The translations under genes and the position numbers were made by a program. Below the pieces are notes generated by a model that searched no databases, was not told the DNA's origin, and saw only the letters and a program-made list of their open reading frames with translations. Of a stretch of 64,000 nucleotides of DNA, positions 1 through 11,100 are shown one piece after another (within the stretch, counting starts at the first letter, position 1; the number at the start of each line of letters is the position of its first letter). This DNA is from Candidatus Ozemobacteraceae bacterium (GTDB taxonomy: Bacteria; Muiribacteriota; Ozemobacteria; Ozemobacterales; Ozemobacteraceae): assembly GCA_965140445.1 (NCBI GenBank), contig OZ223236.1, positions 5,024,001-5,088,000 on the forward strand, given 5' to 3'.

Positions 1-734
1 TCCATCAAATCTGAAATGAGCTCCTTTGGAAAATCCGGCTGATCAAGTATGTTTTCTCCTTCATGTGTAACCAGATAGTAATGAAAATTGGTTCCAAATG
101 AGATTCCTTCCAAAGACTTGCGTAGTTTCAGAAATGACACCGAAGCAATCAATACAGGAGAATCCACCTTATCTGTTAATGGAACTTTTACATGAAAAGC
201 TTCTGGAGAAAACATTATAGTTTGAGAAGAAACCATAACAAGCTCTTCAGGGACAGTTAAGTCTACAATTGCCTGCTTATCAAGCTTTGAATGGTTTAAA
301 AGTTTGTTATCATTAGAACAGATGATTATTCTTTCTACAAACTCATAAGATTGATCAAGTTGTTTAAGCGCGTCAGCTGCCTCCTCGCTTGAAGGATCTG
401 ACAATCGCCGATCTCTGGCAAGGAATCGCGTAAGGTCTTCGTACATCCGCACATATTCATCGACCTCATATTTAACCTGCTGAAAAGCCTGCAGATTACT
501 TTTTATGAGAAGATCTCTTGAAATTTCGGTCAAAACCGTAAATGAATAAAGTCCTAAAATTAGCAAAGGAACAATGGTTACAAGAAAAATACTTAACCAG
601 GTTTTAACTTTTATACTGTGAATGAAAGGAACTTTTCTTTCAGGCCAACGCCTCGATTTCTTTCCAGCAGTCTTTTTTGAAGGATTCCCCTCAGAATCAG
701 CTTTGTTAGATATATTTTGCTGTTCTTCGCTCAT
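1..734 (-). CDS. Membrane sensor protein with Cache-like extracytoplasmic domain, N-terminal part (runs off the window start)
   Basis: Manually translated, not in the ORF track. ATG at 734-732 with AGGA upstream, open to the window edge: MSEEQQ...HSIKVKTWLSIFLVTIVPLLILGLYSF (TM) followed by a dCache-like helical/beta region. Output domain lies outside the window. Confidence 0.75.
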   Translation of the reverse strand, partial: MSEEQQNISNKADSEGNPSKKTAGKKSRRWPERKVPFIHSIKVKTWLSIFLVTIVPLLILGLYSFTVLTEISRDLLIKSNLQAFQQVKYEVDEYVRMYEDLTRFLARDRRLSDPSSEEAADALKQLDQSYEFVERIIICSNDNKLLNHSKLDKQAIVDLTVPEELVMVSSQTIMFSPEAFHVKVPLTDKVDSPVLIASVSFLKLRKSLEGISFGTNFHYYLVTHEGENILDQPDFPKELISDLM

Positions 735-871
735 TAATTTGTCCTGTACACTAATTTCTGTTTTCACAGCTCTGTATATACTAGTCTAAGAGCTCAAAAA
801 ATCCAAGAAAAGTTTTTATCTGAATCAGCGTCTTCGACGGCATCTTAGTTGCAAGAATATTGCAATCAAAT

Positions 872-1567
872 CTATCTGTTGAATAATGCCTGAGAAAATT
901 TCTGCGCAAAGCCTCGATATGGCCTGGCTATAAAAGCCACCTCAGCGGGAGTTCTGTCGTTTATGTCCCGAATTTTATCTGAAGCCCCTGCTTTTATCAA
1001 AGCTGCTGCCGAGTCAATATAGCCACTAGCCCCGTTAGTTGAAAAAGGGAATTCTATTTTATTTTTTCCGCCATAAGCAAGCAGGTGAAGAGGAGTCTGT
1101 AGCTTTTTGTTAAGACAATTTAATGAAGCTTTATGCAGAATTAACAACTCAATGGTTTCCAGACATCCATTTCCAGCTGCAAAATGCAATGGGAAATTTC
1201 CATTAGAATCCGCAACATTTATATAAGCCCCTCTTGCCAATAAAAATCTTAAAATTTTCTTGTAATGGTAAAAAGCGGCATAATGCAGAGGAGTAGAATG
1301 ATACAAATTATCTTCAACATTAAGTTTTGCACCAGCTTCAATTAGCAATTTTACCATACGTAAATCGCCGCTCTTAACCGCCAGATGAATTGGAAATCTA
1401 CCTAATTCATCCTTCATATTAACAAAATCAGGCCGTTTCTTTAACTCTGACTTTACCTTTACATAGTTTTCATCTTCTATTAATTTGTGGAAGTCCTCAG
1501 CAATTAAGTTCTGGCTTAAGAATACTAAAGAAATGCAAAGTAAAAACCTGAAAAAACTCTGAATCAT
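872..1567 (-). CDS. Secreted ankyrin-repeat protein
   Basis: Signal-peptide-like N-terminus; repeated GRFPIHLA / TPLHYAA / FPLHFAA / TPLHLLA ankyrin motifs. Confidence 0.9.
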   Translation of the reverse strand: MIQSFFRFLLCISLVFLSQNLIAEDFHKLIEDENYVKVKSELKKRPDFVNMKDELGRFPIHLAVKSGDLRMVKLLIEAGAKLNVEDNLYHSTPLHYAAFYHYKKILRFLLARGAYINVADSNGNFPLHFAAGNGCLETIELLILHKASLNCLNKKLQTPLHLLAYGGKNKIEFPFSTNGASGYIDSAAALIKAGASDKIRDINDRTPAEVAFIARPYRGFAQKFSQALFNR

Positions 1568-1622
1568 ATTATTTTACGCCCTTTCAATAAAACAAGGGGC
1601 AAAGACAATTTTAACATCGCTC

Positions 1623-1631
1623 TGCTATAAT
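1623..1631 (+). promoter_or_regulatory. Extended -10 promoter element (TGnTATAAT)
   Basis: tgctataat ~27 nt upstream of GGAGG-preceded ATG at 1658. Confidence 0.55.
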
Positions 1632-1657
1632 AATTATATACTAACTTGGAGGAAAAA

Positions 1658-2161
1658 ATGAAAAGATCTTTGGCTTTCTTTATTTTTCTAATATTAATTT
1701 CCACACCTTTTTTGCATGCAGAAAAAATCGACGGTGTTCAAACCGCAATAATTTCAGAAAAGGTTTTGGTTGAAAGCATTGGCTTTGGATTAAAGGAACA
1801 AACGTTCAAGGTAGTTGAATTTAAACTTTCTGAAATGACATTAGTTGGCAATAATCAAAAAGCAGATTCGCAGCCACCCAAAGTAGTCGGGAAACTAAGT
1901 ATTGCAGGCATAGGGCATAAGCTGAAAATAATTAAGCCTCAGCTAGAAAACTTTGAAGCAGATATAGTTGTTCCATCTGAGGAAAAAGGTCTCTTCCTAC
2001 CAATTGGACATATTTCTTTAAAGCTCTCAGAAGCTGATGCAAAACACCTGGTAATGACTGGAGAATTGAAAATTCTAGTTGAAAATGACGAAGAAAACTC
2101 AGGAGAATTCAAAGTCTACCTGAATGTAAAACCAGCAGACACCAAAAACTTGAAAGATTGA
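1658..2161 (+). CDS. Hypothetical exported protein
   Basis: ATG at 1658 follows GGAGG; MKRSLAFFIFLILISTPFLHA signal peptide; beta-rich mature part. Confidence 0.75.
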   Translation: MKRSLAFFIFLILISTPFLHAEKIDGVQTAIISEKVLVESIGFGLKEQTFKVVEFKLSEMTLVGNNQKADSQPPKVVGKLSIAGIGHKLKIIKPQLENFEADIVVPSEEKGLFLPIGHISLKLSEADAKHLVMTGELKILVENDEENSGEFKVYLNVKPADTKNLKD

Positions 2162-2164
2162 TTT

Positions 2165-5100
2165 TTATCTAAAAATTGGCAAATAAAGGCTGACTTGTTC
2201 AGCCTTTCCTTTTAGCTCAACAAAACCAAACTCACGAAATTCAAGTTTGCTTTGAGCAAACTCGGTTATTGGTTTTCCAACCAAAAACCTTTCTCTAGGT
2301 AATTCTGAAGCTTTTGCACTAATTCGAGCCGCAGTATTAACAGTATCTCCGATAATTGTGAAATCCCTGTTTTTCCCAACTCCAAGGAGGCCAGCAATAA
2401 CTTCTCCACTATGCAATCCAACTGTTATTGGAAAATTGAAAACTCCCTCCCTCTCAGAGTTTCTAATTTCAGTTAAAGCATTCATGGCCGATTTAATGCT
2501 TTCTTCAATTCCCTCTGGATTGTAAAAAACCGCCAACATTTTTTCACCAATGATCTTATCAATATCTCCACCATTATTAATTATTATCTTACAGAGCAAA
2601 TCAACCTGATTTTTAAGGTCACAAACTAATTCACTTGAGTTAAGCGTGGTCAACCAGAATGAAAATTCCGGGATAGCTAAATACATAACTGCCACTTCAA
2701 GCTTGATTCCTTCTTCCGCATCCCTTACATTTTCCTCATTTGTGGTAGCAAGTCTGGCAATTCGAGATACCATAGTACCCATGATCTCTTTTTCTTCAAG
2801 ACCTCTTGCCATAGAATTAAACGAAGTAAACAGCTCTCCGATCTCGTCTCTCCTTGTATCTGGAAGCCTTAATGTGTAATTACCCGAAGCAACGCTTCTC
2901 ACTGATTCAGTCAGGTTCTTAATAGCTGAAGTCAGGTCAGAACTTGCTAACAAAGCGAGGAATAATATTCCGGCCATGGTCAATAAGAGATAGTCCAATA
3001 AACTTTTGCGATTATCCTCTATCTCTTTAAAAATTTTGTCCAAAGATGCCAGCCCGATCCAGATCATTACTTCGTTGTAACTACCTGTCTTTGCTTCTAC
3101 AAGATATTCTCTGTCGTAAAGTTTGATTCTCTCAGAAAAATTGCTTTTTTGTGCGTGTGCCCACCTTGCCATTCTTGAGGCATCTCGAAACCATCTCCCC
3201 TTAAAATCAAATTTAAATGATCCGTACATTACTCTGGATTCAGAAAATACATCATAATCGGTTTCGGAATCTTTAGCTATCCTACGGCATGAGCTATTTA
3301 AATCATCGAGATATAACCAGAAAAATATAGCATCAGGTTTAATTAGACTCGGAGCTGCTATCAATTTTAAATAAGCTAAACCGCTTGCTGCAAACACTTT
3401 AATCGGAAGATTTAAACCGTGGACAACTTTAAAATAATTGTCTGATCCAAGTAAAGTTCTAGCAACCGATAGTCCCGCATCTCTTGTCATTTCCCCCTTT
3501 AATGCAGCGCCAAGATTCTGCTGATTCTTTTTGGGAAAATCATCGGCCTTGAGGTCTTTAAATATTGAATTAACAACAACTTCAACAAACTTTCTGAAAG
3601 CACTAGATTCTCTGGCCCCTTCATTTTTATTAACGGTAGTTTGCTCTCCCTTGTTAGTGCAAACCATCATTTCCATAAATCTTGTACCATCGCGAAGATT
3701 GTAACGCTGTTCTTCTTCAAGAATAGCTAACTTTAGCTTTTCCTTATTCTCAATAGTTGGATTATTACCGAAAATATTTGCTAGTGACAAAACTTTTTTT
3801 GAATTCGAGATGCAATCATACTGATGCCAATCAAGGGGTTCATGCAAATACTGCCTTCTCTCAAGGCGTTCGAAAGTATGGAGCATAGAATTTCTCTCTT
3901 CTTTAACCCTAAGCTCTCTTTGCTCAATAGCAAACCATTCGTTTACCATATATATCGTGCAAATAGGAACAATTGAAGCTGCTAACAAGCCAGTCCATAA
4001 TTGCCACGAAAACCTTTGCGAAATAGCCCCTTCTTTAAAAACGGAAATATACCAAACACACAATAAAAATGTTAGCAGCAATAGTGCAAACAAGTTTTTT
4101 GCCGAAAGCACTTCATAATTTAAAGTCTGAAGCTTTTCAGCAGCTATAATCTCATATTTTTCTTCGCCAGATTCAATCCAGCTTGTTTCGGTAACCCATT
4201 GCGAACTAATCTTTTCATCAATTTGGCTTTTTGCAGACAGATCTGGAAAACCATTGGTTTTTCCAATTACATTTCCACTTTTATCTTTTACAAGAATTTC
4301 GATCCCTATCTCTTGTGCAGTTGCAAGAAATAGATTAGCCAGCTTTCCTTCTTCGACCGACCTGGGAAAAAGAATAAAAAGAATTCCGACTTGAATAACG
4401 GCATCTGGTCCCGCCTGACTTCCAATATTATATTGGTCACTGTTTATTCTTTTCGGTGGTCTTTTTGCAGGGTTCCACTTAAAGATTGGTCTCCAATAAA
4501 GCAATTCATCTTTTCCCATTCTTTTGATGGGAATAATTCTAGCAACCATATCATTGTACAAATGAGTCGCTTCAACCTCCTTACCAATCAGAAAGGGCAA
4601 ATGAGGAACAAATGCTGTCAAATCATGGTAACCACTAAAATAGCGTTTTTTCGCTAACAACCTTAGCAGCTCAAGGTATTCATTTTCTTGGGGCCCCGCT
4701 CCGATCGAACGTATCAATTGCCAATTTTCGTCAGGAACCCTATACGTAAAATCGCCTGGCTTATGCAAACACATATAAACGCTTGGAGTTAAATGAATTG
4801 AAGATAACGATTTGAAAACAGAATCCGACATTTTTAGCAAACTTGAAGAAGCAATTCCATTCTTATTCCACGGAATCTCATCAGAATATTTCTCTGTTAA
4901 TCCATCAAGATAATCTTCTAATAAAAAGTGATTAGCTTTTTTCACTCTAAACTTAGCGATTGTACTTTCAATTCTGCTTTTAGCCTGGTCATAAAGCACC
5001 TTTTCTTTATTCTTAGAGGTTGAGAATTCCTTTTGAACCATTACTAAAAAAGGCAAGAATAGGGCTATTGCACCAAAGAAAAATACCAATTTCGAAAAAC

Positions 5101-8100
5101 TGTTTTTATAGTTGTCAAAAAAACCTGTATTTTCTTTCTCAATCCCAATCGTCTCTGTCTTTGCTATAAATTCATCCGACCTGCATACAACAGAATCAAA
5201 TGGGGGGAGCTCAAGCAATCTTACGCAACTGCTACTCCGCAAAGTAAGCTTTTCAATCTCTGGAGATTCTTGTTCAATTGAGGAAAGAATTTTTTCATCA
5301 AAAATAATCGGGCAATCTGAGTAATCCTTAGTCAATGCTTCATAAGCTTCCGCCTCTTTAAAAGGTTTACCTAGAATTGCAAAATCTAATCTAGAATCTG
5401 AGCTGCCAATCTCGCCTGAAGTTAATTCCCCGTGAGCAAGACCAATTCCAGCCTGGTATTCAAATTCTCCTTTGCCTAGTCTTTCTTTATTGATTTTTCT
5501 CAGTCTGTAGATCATTCCAACCGCAGCTTTATACGCCCTCAGTTCTGGCTTTTCCGTAAATTTATCACCTGATTCCGGAAGGAAAACGGCCTCAATCGCG
5601 TCACCAATAAATTTGTAAATTCTCCCGCCTCGACTGACAATCTCTTCTGCCATTTCAGCAAAATGAATATTTAATAAGCTGGTAATAATTTTTGGGTCAT
5701 TCTGCTCACACATTGCCGTGAAGCTTCTAATGTCAGAAATTAAAACTACACCTTCCTGTTTCTGTGCTCTATTACTTAATTCAGAACCCTTCATATTGGA
5801 AAGAGCTTCCACAGCTTGATCTGAAAGTATCGACGCCAATCTTTCTCTTTCTCTCAAACCGTCAACCATACCGCCAAACTCTTTTATAAGAACACCAATT
5901 TCATCTTTTCTGCTGGTTTCAAGGCTAAATCTTAAATCACCTTTTTTAATTCTCATCAATGCTATTTTTATTTTTCCTAATGGATCAATAGCCCGAAAGT
6001 ATGTAGTAAGTGCGCTTAAAACTAGAAACAATAAGCTGGCAAAGCCAACCAGTGCTAAAATAGCCACCCTCTTCCAATGATCCAGCATCATTGGAAAACG
6101 ATCTATTCCTATTATCAGTGCCACATCTCTAAAATTCTTTGACAGATATGCAACAATTGTCATCCCATCTCTTACGATCAAAAAGTAACCACTTTTCTTC
6201 GCAAAAGCGGACTCAGCAACCTTGCGAAATAAATCAATTCTCTTTTTATTAAAACTTCTACCTGGTTCTAAAATTGTATTAATACCAGTTTTCGTTCTTT
6301 TGAAGGCCAAAACCGATAAATCAGGATTTTTCATTATCAAATAACTAGTGGAAAGCTTTAAAATCCTCGGATCTATATCCGTATCCTTCCAGGAAATCAT
6401 TAAAACAAATCGGTTTTTACCTCCAACAGAGATATAGTCATGCACATATACTGTTTCACCGCGACCGATATCCATTCTGAATGGTTGGCCACGAAACCTC
6501 TCCATCTCTCTGTCAACCGTTTCATTGCCACGGGCATAAGACTGAAAAGCAGCCATGTCCTCTTCAGGAGGGGAAAATTTCGAAAATCTAACATTCTTTT
6601 CTGTTTCAGATACAATTTTTCTTAGATTTAGAGTCAATGGAATGCTAAAAAATTTCCCTAATGTATTGGATTCATCATTTCTTTTAGAATCAGGTGAGTT
6701 GGCAATCCATTTCCCGTCTAAGTCGCTGATCATAATTGAAGATAAAGGCAATGAAGATTCAGATTTTGCAAAAAATTCTTTAACCAGTTTGAAAAGCACT
6801 TCTGGATCAGATATTGCTGTTTTACTCAAGATTTGCTGAAGTTCCTTGGAATATTGAAGTCTCCTGAAAGTTTCCAGGTATTCCGTCTCCATGATTTCTT
6901 TTCTCAGTTCAAGATCATTAGCTATCTTGAGAATCTTTTCTTCCACCTGTTTTTCATCTATTTTTTCTCGCTCCATTATGTAAATACCGGAAGTTAGTGC
7001 CAATAGACTTAGCGGTATAGTTACCGATATAAGATAAGTCGCCAAAAACCTTCCTTTAAGAGAAGAAGCGGGCCAGATATTTAAAATCAATCCCCTGGCT
7101 AAAAATCCAAACATTGTTGTCCCAGCAATCAGATTGAGAAAGAACAACCACAACGGGAAATCCCCACCTTTTACTCTCGGCATAAGTAAAAAGGCTAAAA
7201 ATTGAGTAGATGGCATTATTCTTGTGTATAAAACCGCCTCACCGACTTCAATTGCCCATGGGAAACCCTTTTTTTCCCACTCAAGCAATTCATTTCTGGC
7301 AAAGCCTATCTTTTTCCGCCATGCCATGAAAGGTGAGTATTTTTTGATCTGGCGAGGAAAATAAAAATTACGATGATCTTTCTTGAATAAAGAAATAAAT
7401 CCACCGCGGAAGTTGCTTCCCAACTCTGACTTTTGAGCAACCATAAGAACAGTTGAGCGTTCAAGATCTTGCGTTCTTTTTACTACTAAAAAATAACCAA
7501 AACCACTTCCTTCGCCTAGTTTTTCGTAATCCCAAACTAACCATGAAGGCGTGCCTCTATAAATGACTGGAGTTGGAATTCCTATTTGATCTACTGCAAG
7601 AATCTGATCTACGATTCCAGATCCAAAAATCCCAGTTAGAAACTTTCTATTTCTCCTTGCTTCGAAATCCTTAACCTTGAATCCTTGCTCTAAATTTATC
7701 AGATGCCCAATAGCAATTTCCATTGGTCTTCGACTAACGGGGCCATTTTCTCCAAACTTGTCCAAGAATGAGACCTGGTTTTTCTTAAGAGTAAACATCC
7801 AAATCTCATGTTCAGGAAATGGAGTTTTAAACACCTCATTGTGAATCTTCTTTACACTTGCTTTTTCTTGCTTTTTAAAGCGATCGTCATTGAAAACATT
7901 TGTTATAAAGCTCTTAAACTTCTGGGATTTTTGCCCAAGTTGCACTTCTAAGTTTAAATTAGATTCTATTTCGCTGAGCTTTATCTTTGCTTGTTGCTCT
8001 TGTTCACTCTTTTCCCATTTGAGTGACAAATCTCGCAACTTAAAAAAACCTGCATTTAGCGCCAATACAGGGAGCGCCAAAAGCAAGACTATTAGTATGC

Positions 8101-8119
8101 TTCTAATTCTATCGCTCAT
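2165..8119 (-). CDS. Giant membrane adenylate cyclase, tandem HAMP-class III cyclase (C1/C2), paralog 1
   Basis: About 8 hydrophobic segments, two HAMP domains (RKDEIG, RRDEIGEL). C1 SDIRSFT/YKFIGDA; C2 DKIIGEK/RDFTIIGDTVNTAAR. ATG 8119 preferred over TTG 8155. Confidence 0.9.
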   Translation of the reverse strand: MSDRIRSILIVLLLALPVLALNAGFFKLRDLSLKWEKSEQEQQAKIKLSEIESNLNLEVQLGQKSQKFKSFITNVFNDDRFKKQEKASVKKIHNEVFKTPFPEHEIWMFTLKKNQVSFLDKFGENGPVSRRPMEIAIGHLINLEQGFKVKDFEARRNRKFLTGIFGSGIVDQILAVDQIGIPTPVIYRGTPSWLVWDYEKLGEGSGFGYFLVVKRTQDLERSTVLMVAQKSELGSNFRGGFISLFKKDHRNFYFPRQIKKYSPFMAWRKKIGFARNELLEWEKKGFPWAIEVGEAVLYTRIMPSTQFLAFLLMPRVKGGDFPLWLFFLNLIAGTTMFGFLARGLILNIWPASSLKGRFLATYLISVTIPLSLLALTSGIYIMEREKIDEKQVEEKILKIANDLELRKEIMETEYLETFRRLQYSKELQQILSKTAISDPEVLFKLVKEFFAKSESSLPLSSIMISDLDGKWIANSPDSKRNDESNTLGKFFSIPLTLNLRKIVSETEKNVRFSKFSPPEEDMAAFQSYARGNETVDREMERFRGQPFRMDIGRGETVYVHDYISVGGKNRFVLMISWKDTDIDPRILKLSTSYLIMKNPDLSVLAFKRTKTGINTILEPGRSFNKKRIDLFRKVAESAFAKKSGYFLIVRDGMTIVAYLSKNFRDVALIIGIDRFPMMLDHWKRVAILALVGFASLLFLVLSALTTYFRAIDPLGKIKIALMRIKKGDLRFSLETSRKDEIGVLIKEFGGMVDGLRERERLASILSDQAVEALSNMKGSELSNRAQKQEGVVLISDIRSFTAMCEQNDPKIITSLLNIHFAEMAEEIVSRGGRIYKFIGDAIEAVFLPESGDKFTEKPELRAYKAAVGMIYRLRKINKERLGKGEFEYQAGIGLAHGELTSGEIGSSDSRLDFAILGKPFKEAEAYEALTKDYSDCPIIFDEKILSSIEQESPEIEKLTLRSSSCVRLLELPPFDSVVCRSDEFIAKTETIGIEKENTGFFDNYKNSFSKLVFFFGAIALFLPFLVMVQKEFSTSKNKEKVLYDQAKSRIESTIAKFRVKKANHFLLEDYLDGLTEKYSDEIPWNKNGIASSSLLKMSDSVFKSLSSIHLTPSVYMCLHKPGDFTYRVPDENWQLIRSIGAGPQENEYLELLRLLAKKRYFSGYHDLTAFVPHLPFLIGKEVEATHLYNDMVARIIPIKRMGKDELLYWRPIFKWNPAKRPPKRINSDQYNIGSQAGPDAVIQVGILFILFPRSVEEGKLANLFLATAQEIGIEILVKDKSGNVIGKTNGFPDLSAKSQIDEKISSQWVTETSWIESGEEKYEIIAAEKLQTLNYEVLSAKNLFALLLLTFLLCVWYISVFKEGAISQRFSWQLWTGLLAASIVPICTIYMVNEWFAIEQRELRVKEERNSMLHTFERLERRQYLHEPLDWHQYDCISNSKKVLSLANIFGNNPTIENKEKLKLAILEEEQRYNLRDGTRFMEMMVCTNKGEQTTVNKNEGARESSAFRKFVEVVVNSIFKDLKADDFPKKNQQNLGAALKGEMTRDAGLSVARTLLGSDNYFKVVHGLNLPIKVFAASGLAYLKLIAAPSLIKPDAIFFWLYLDDLNSSCRRIAKDSETDYDVFSESRVMYGSFKFDFKGRWFRDASRMARWAHAQKSNFSERIKLYDREYLVEAKTGSYNEVMIWIGLASLDKIFKEIEDNRKSLLDYLLLTMAGILFLALLASSDLTSAIKNLTESVRSVASGNYTLRLPDTRRDEIGELFTSFNSMARGLEEKEIMGTMVSRIARLATTNEENVRDAEEGIKLEVAVMYLAIPEFSFWLTTLNSSELVCDLKNQVDLLCKIIINNGGDIDKIIGEKMLAVFYNPEGIEESIKSAMNALTEIRNSEREGVFNFPITVGLHSGEVIAGLLGVGKNRDFTIIGDTVNTAARISAKASELPRERFLVGKPITEFAQSKLEFREFGFVELKGKAEQVSLYLPIFR

Positions 8120-8189
8120 AAATTCTAAACTGCCAAGTTTTCTGGATTTAAACAAACCTAAAAAAAATCACAGAATTTACAAGCAAAAA

Positions 8190-11100
8190 TTAAATTTTAT
8201 GAAATAGTTTTAGTCCGCTGGATTTTCCCTTGAGAATAACTTCCCCGTGTAATCTAAATCTAGTGCGATCTTCAAGATTACTTACAACGTTTTCAGAGAA
8301 CAAACATCTCTGAAATCTAAATTTTTCTGCTTCTTTCTCGATTCTGGCTGAAACATTTACCGCATCTCCAATTACTGTAAAGTCTCTTTTTTCGCCAACC
8401 CCTAAATATCCACTGATGACTTCTCCGTAATTTACTCCAATGGCCACAGGGAACGGTAAATTTCCACTTTCTTCTGCCTTTAAAATCATTTCGACGATTT
8501 TTATCATGCTAAGCATAGATTCATTAAGACTTTTGCCTGGTTCAAAAACTCCAAGAAGCTTATCACCCATAATCTTATCCACGTCCCCACCAGCATCAAG
8601 AATAATTTTACAAAGCACCGAGGTTTGAATAGCAAGGTCATTAAACAGATCTGCCGGATCTCCCATCGTCAACCAGGAACTAAAGCCAGGAATTCCAATA
8701 AAAATGAAACCAAGTTCTTTTTTGAGCTGACTTTGCTCTGATCCGCAAAACTTATCTTCCCCAGAAGAGTTTCGGGCCGTTTGAGAAACCATTTTTCCCA
8801 TTAGTTCCTTCTCTTCAAGCCCTCTCGCCATATTATCAAACGCCCGACACAGATCGCCAAGCTCGTCTTTCCGATCTGTGTTGATTCTATAATGAAAATT
8901 CTGCCTGCTAATCTGCTGCATGCCCTGAATAAGGGATTTAATAGGATTTAAAATGTCAGAAACAGCTTTATGCCCAACTAGAAATAATAGAAACAAAGTG
9001 AGTATAAGTATTCTCTGGAACTTATTAGTAAGTTCTCTTATGTTTTGAAGGATTGGTGCTTGAGCAGCCATCCCGATGAGCAAACTTGTAAATTGTGCAA
9101 TTCCTGGCCGCCCCTCTATTAAGATTTTTTCATCGCCATAATTTCTTTCAAGCGAGACAGGCAAATTTGATGCTGCTATCCACGAAGCCGTTTTTTCTAA
9201 TCCAAGCTCCCCTCTCGCAACATCAGGTTCTGCAAGTCTTCCATAGCGATGACTCTCTATTGAAAAAACAGCATATTTACCCTTTGATGACCTGGCAAGC
9301 TTTGATAAATGTCCACCGCTTTCAAAAATGTTCATCCAAATAATCATAAATTTTGGATTATCTATAGACGGGATAGGTTGTATATATACTCCAGCCGCTC
9401 CAGTCGTAACTTCTAATTCAACCACCTCTCCAATTGAGTTGGCTAACCTAATATATTCATCTTCTCCAAAACTGCTTCTAACAGTTTCAAAACCCATATC
9501 CATAATCATTTCACTTTTCACATCTGATGCGGAAAATGTTTTTTTTCCTGAATCTTTTTCGATTATCGAATAAAGTCTTTTAGCTACCTGGGCCAGTAAA
9601 ATTCCAAATTCGCTTTCCTTTTTAGGGTTGTTTCCGTTACATGAAAAACTCCAACCTGTTTTACTAACCAGAACAGCTTCTCTTGGAAAAAAGTTTGTTC
9701 GCCATCTAAAAGCTTTTACACCATTACGATATTTATCTAAGAAGTATTTCTTAAACTGCTCCTTGTTCTCCGAAAATTTTGGTGACCCGAAATTTTTCTC
9801 CCCACTCTCAGCAATCTCAAGCAGTAGTTTATCAGTAGACCATTTTTTCAAAAGATTACGTGCAATTGGCTGAAAATAGAATTGCCTTAGCTCAAAGGCA
9901 TCCAAAAAACTTCTCAATTCAAGTTTTTCCTGGAATACCAATGTTCTTCCCTGCTCTGAAATAAACAAGTCCAGAACAAAGCAAACAGTAACAACAGGGA
10001 TCAAGGAAACCAGTAGAATTGAAATCCAAAGTTTTGCAGATAAGGATCGTGAAAAAAAAGTATTGCCATAGAAGCTAAAATAACAATAGAGAGAGAGAAT
10101 AATTAATAATGAAGTAACTATTACCCCCAAAGACCTCAAATTCATTCCCAGCGAATTTGGCAGTTGATAAGCTACAATTAATCGATACTTCTCTCCACCA
10201 AGAATTAAAACATCTTCATTAAAAAGATAGTTGTTATCTCTTGCCAAAGGAGAAGAATAAGTAAGTTTTTCAAACTTCTCTACAGGAAAGCCATGGGTGT
10301 TTGAAACTTTACCGTTCTGGGCAATAATTGCAAAATCAACCTCCTCTTCTCCATATCCCCACACAATAAAATCAGGAGAGTTTTTAATATTTTTTACATT
10401 TACAGAGGCCATTACCATACCGGCAATATGGTATTTCCCTGTTGGGCATCCAGACAACTTATTGGCACCATTTGCAAAAGAAATTTTTTCCAACTTTGGG
10501 TCAAATAGCTTTATATAATCCCAGAAAAAATACTCTGGTACATCATTATTTAAAACCTGAAGTGCAGCACCAAAAGTTTCAGTAGACAAAATTCCAACTG
10601 AAATATCCCGACCAAAAACCTGGGAAAGCTTGTTTGCAAAAATTAATTTATATTCCCTTGAGGGATAGCCCATGAATTTGCAAAATTGGTAAACACTTAG
10701 AGCTTTTAAAATAAGTTTGCTTTCTTCAGAAACTCCGTGCGTGTGTACTGTATTAGCTGCCAATTCAATATTTCCAGTTTTTATCTGGTCATAGTTATAA
10801 GTGAAAACAAGAAGTCTCGGCAACTTTATCCCTGATAGCTCCAGCCTTCTAGCCTCTAAAGCAGCATAGGATTTAATAGTTTGAGCATTCTTGTCATTTT
10901 CATTCCAAATTAATTTGCTATTAATGCGATTAATAAAACGGCTTATACCAAGTTCAAAAGCAACCTTTGCCGAATCTTCACTTTTTAGTTGTTCAATCAA
11001 TCTGAAGTTTTTTTGAACTCCAACAACTTTATTGAAATCATTTACCAGCTCGCTTCTCTCTTTAAAGCCGTTAAATATTCCAAAACCTAAAAGAAATAGA

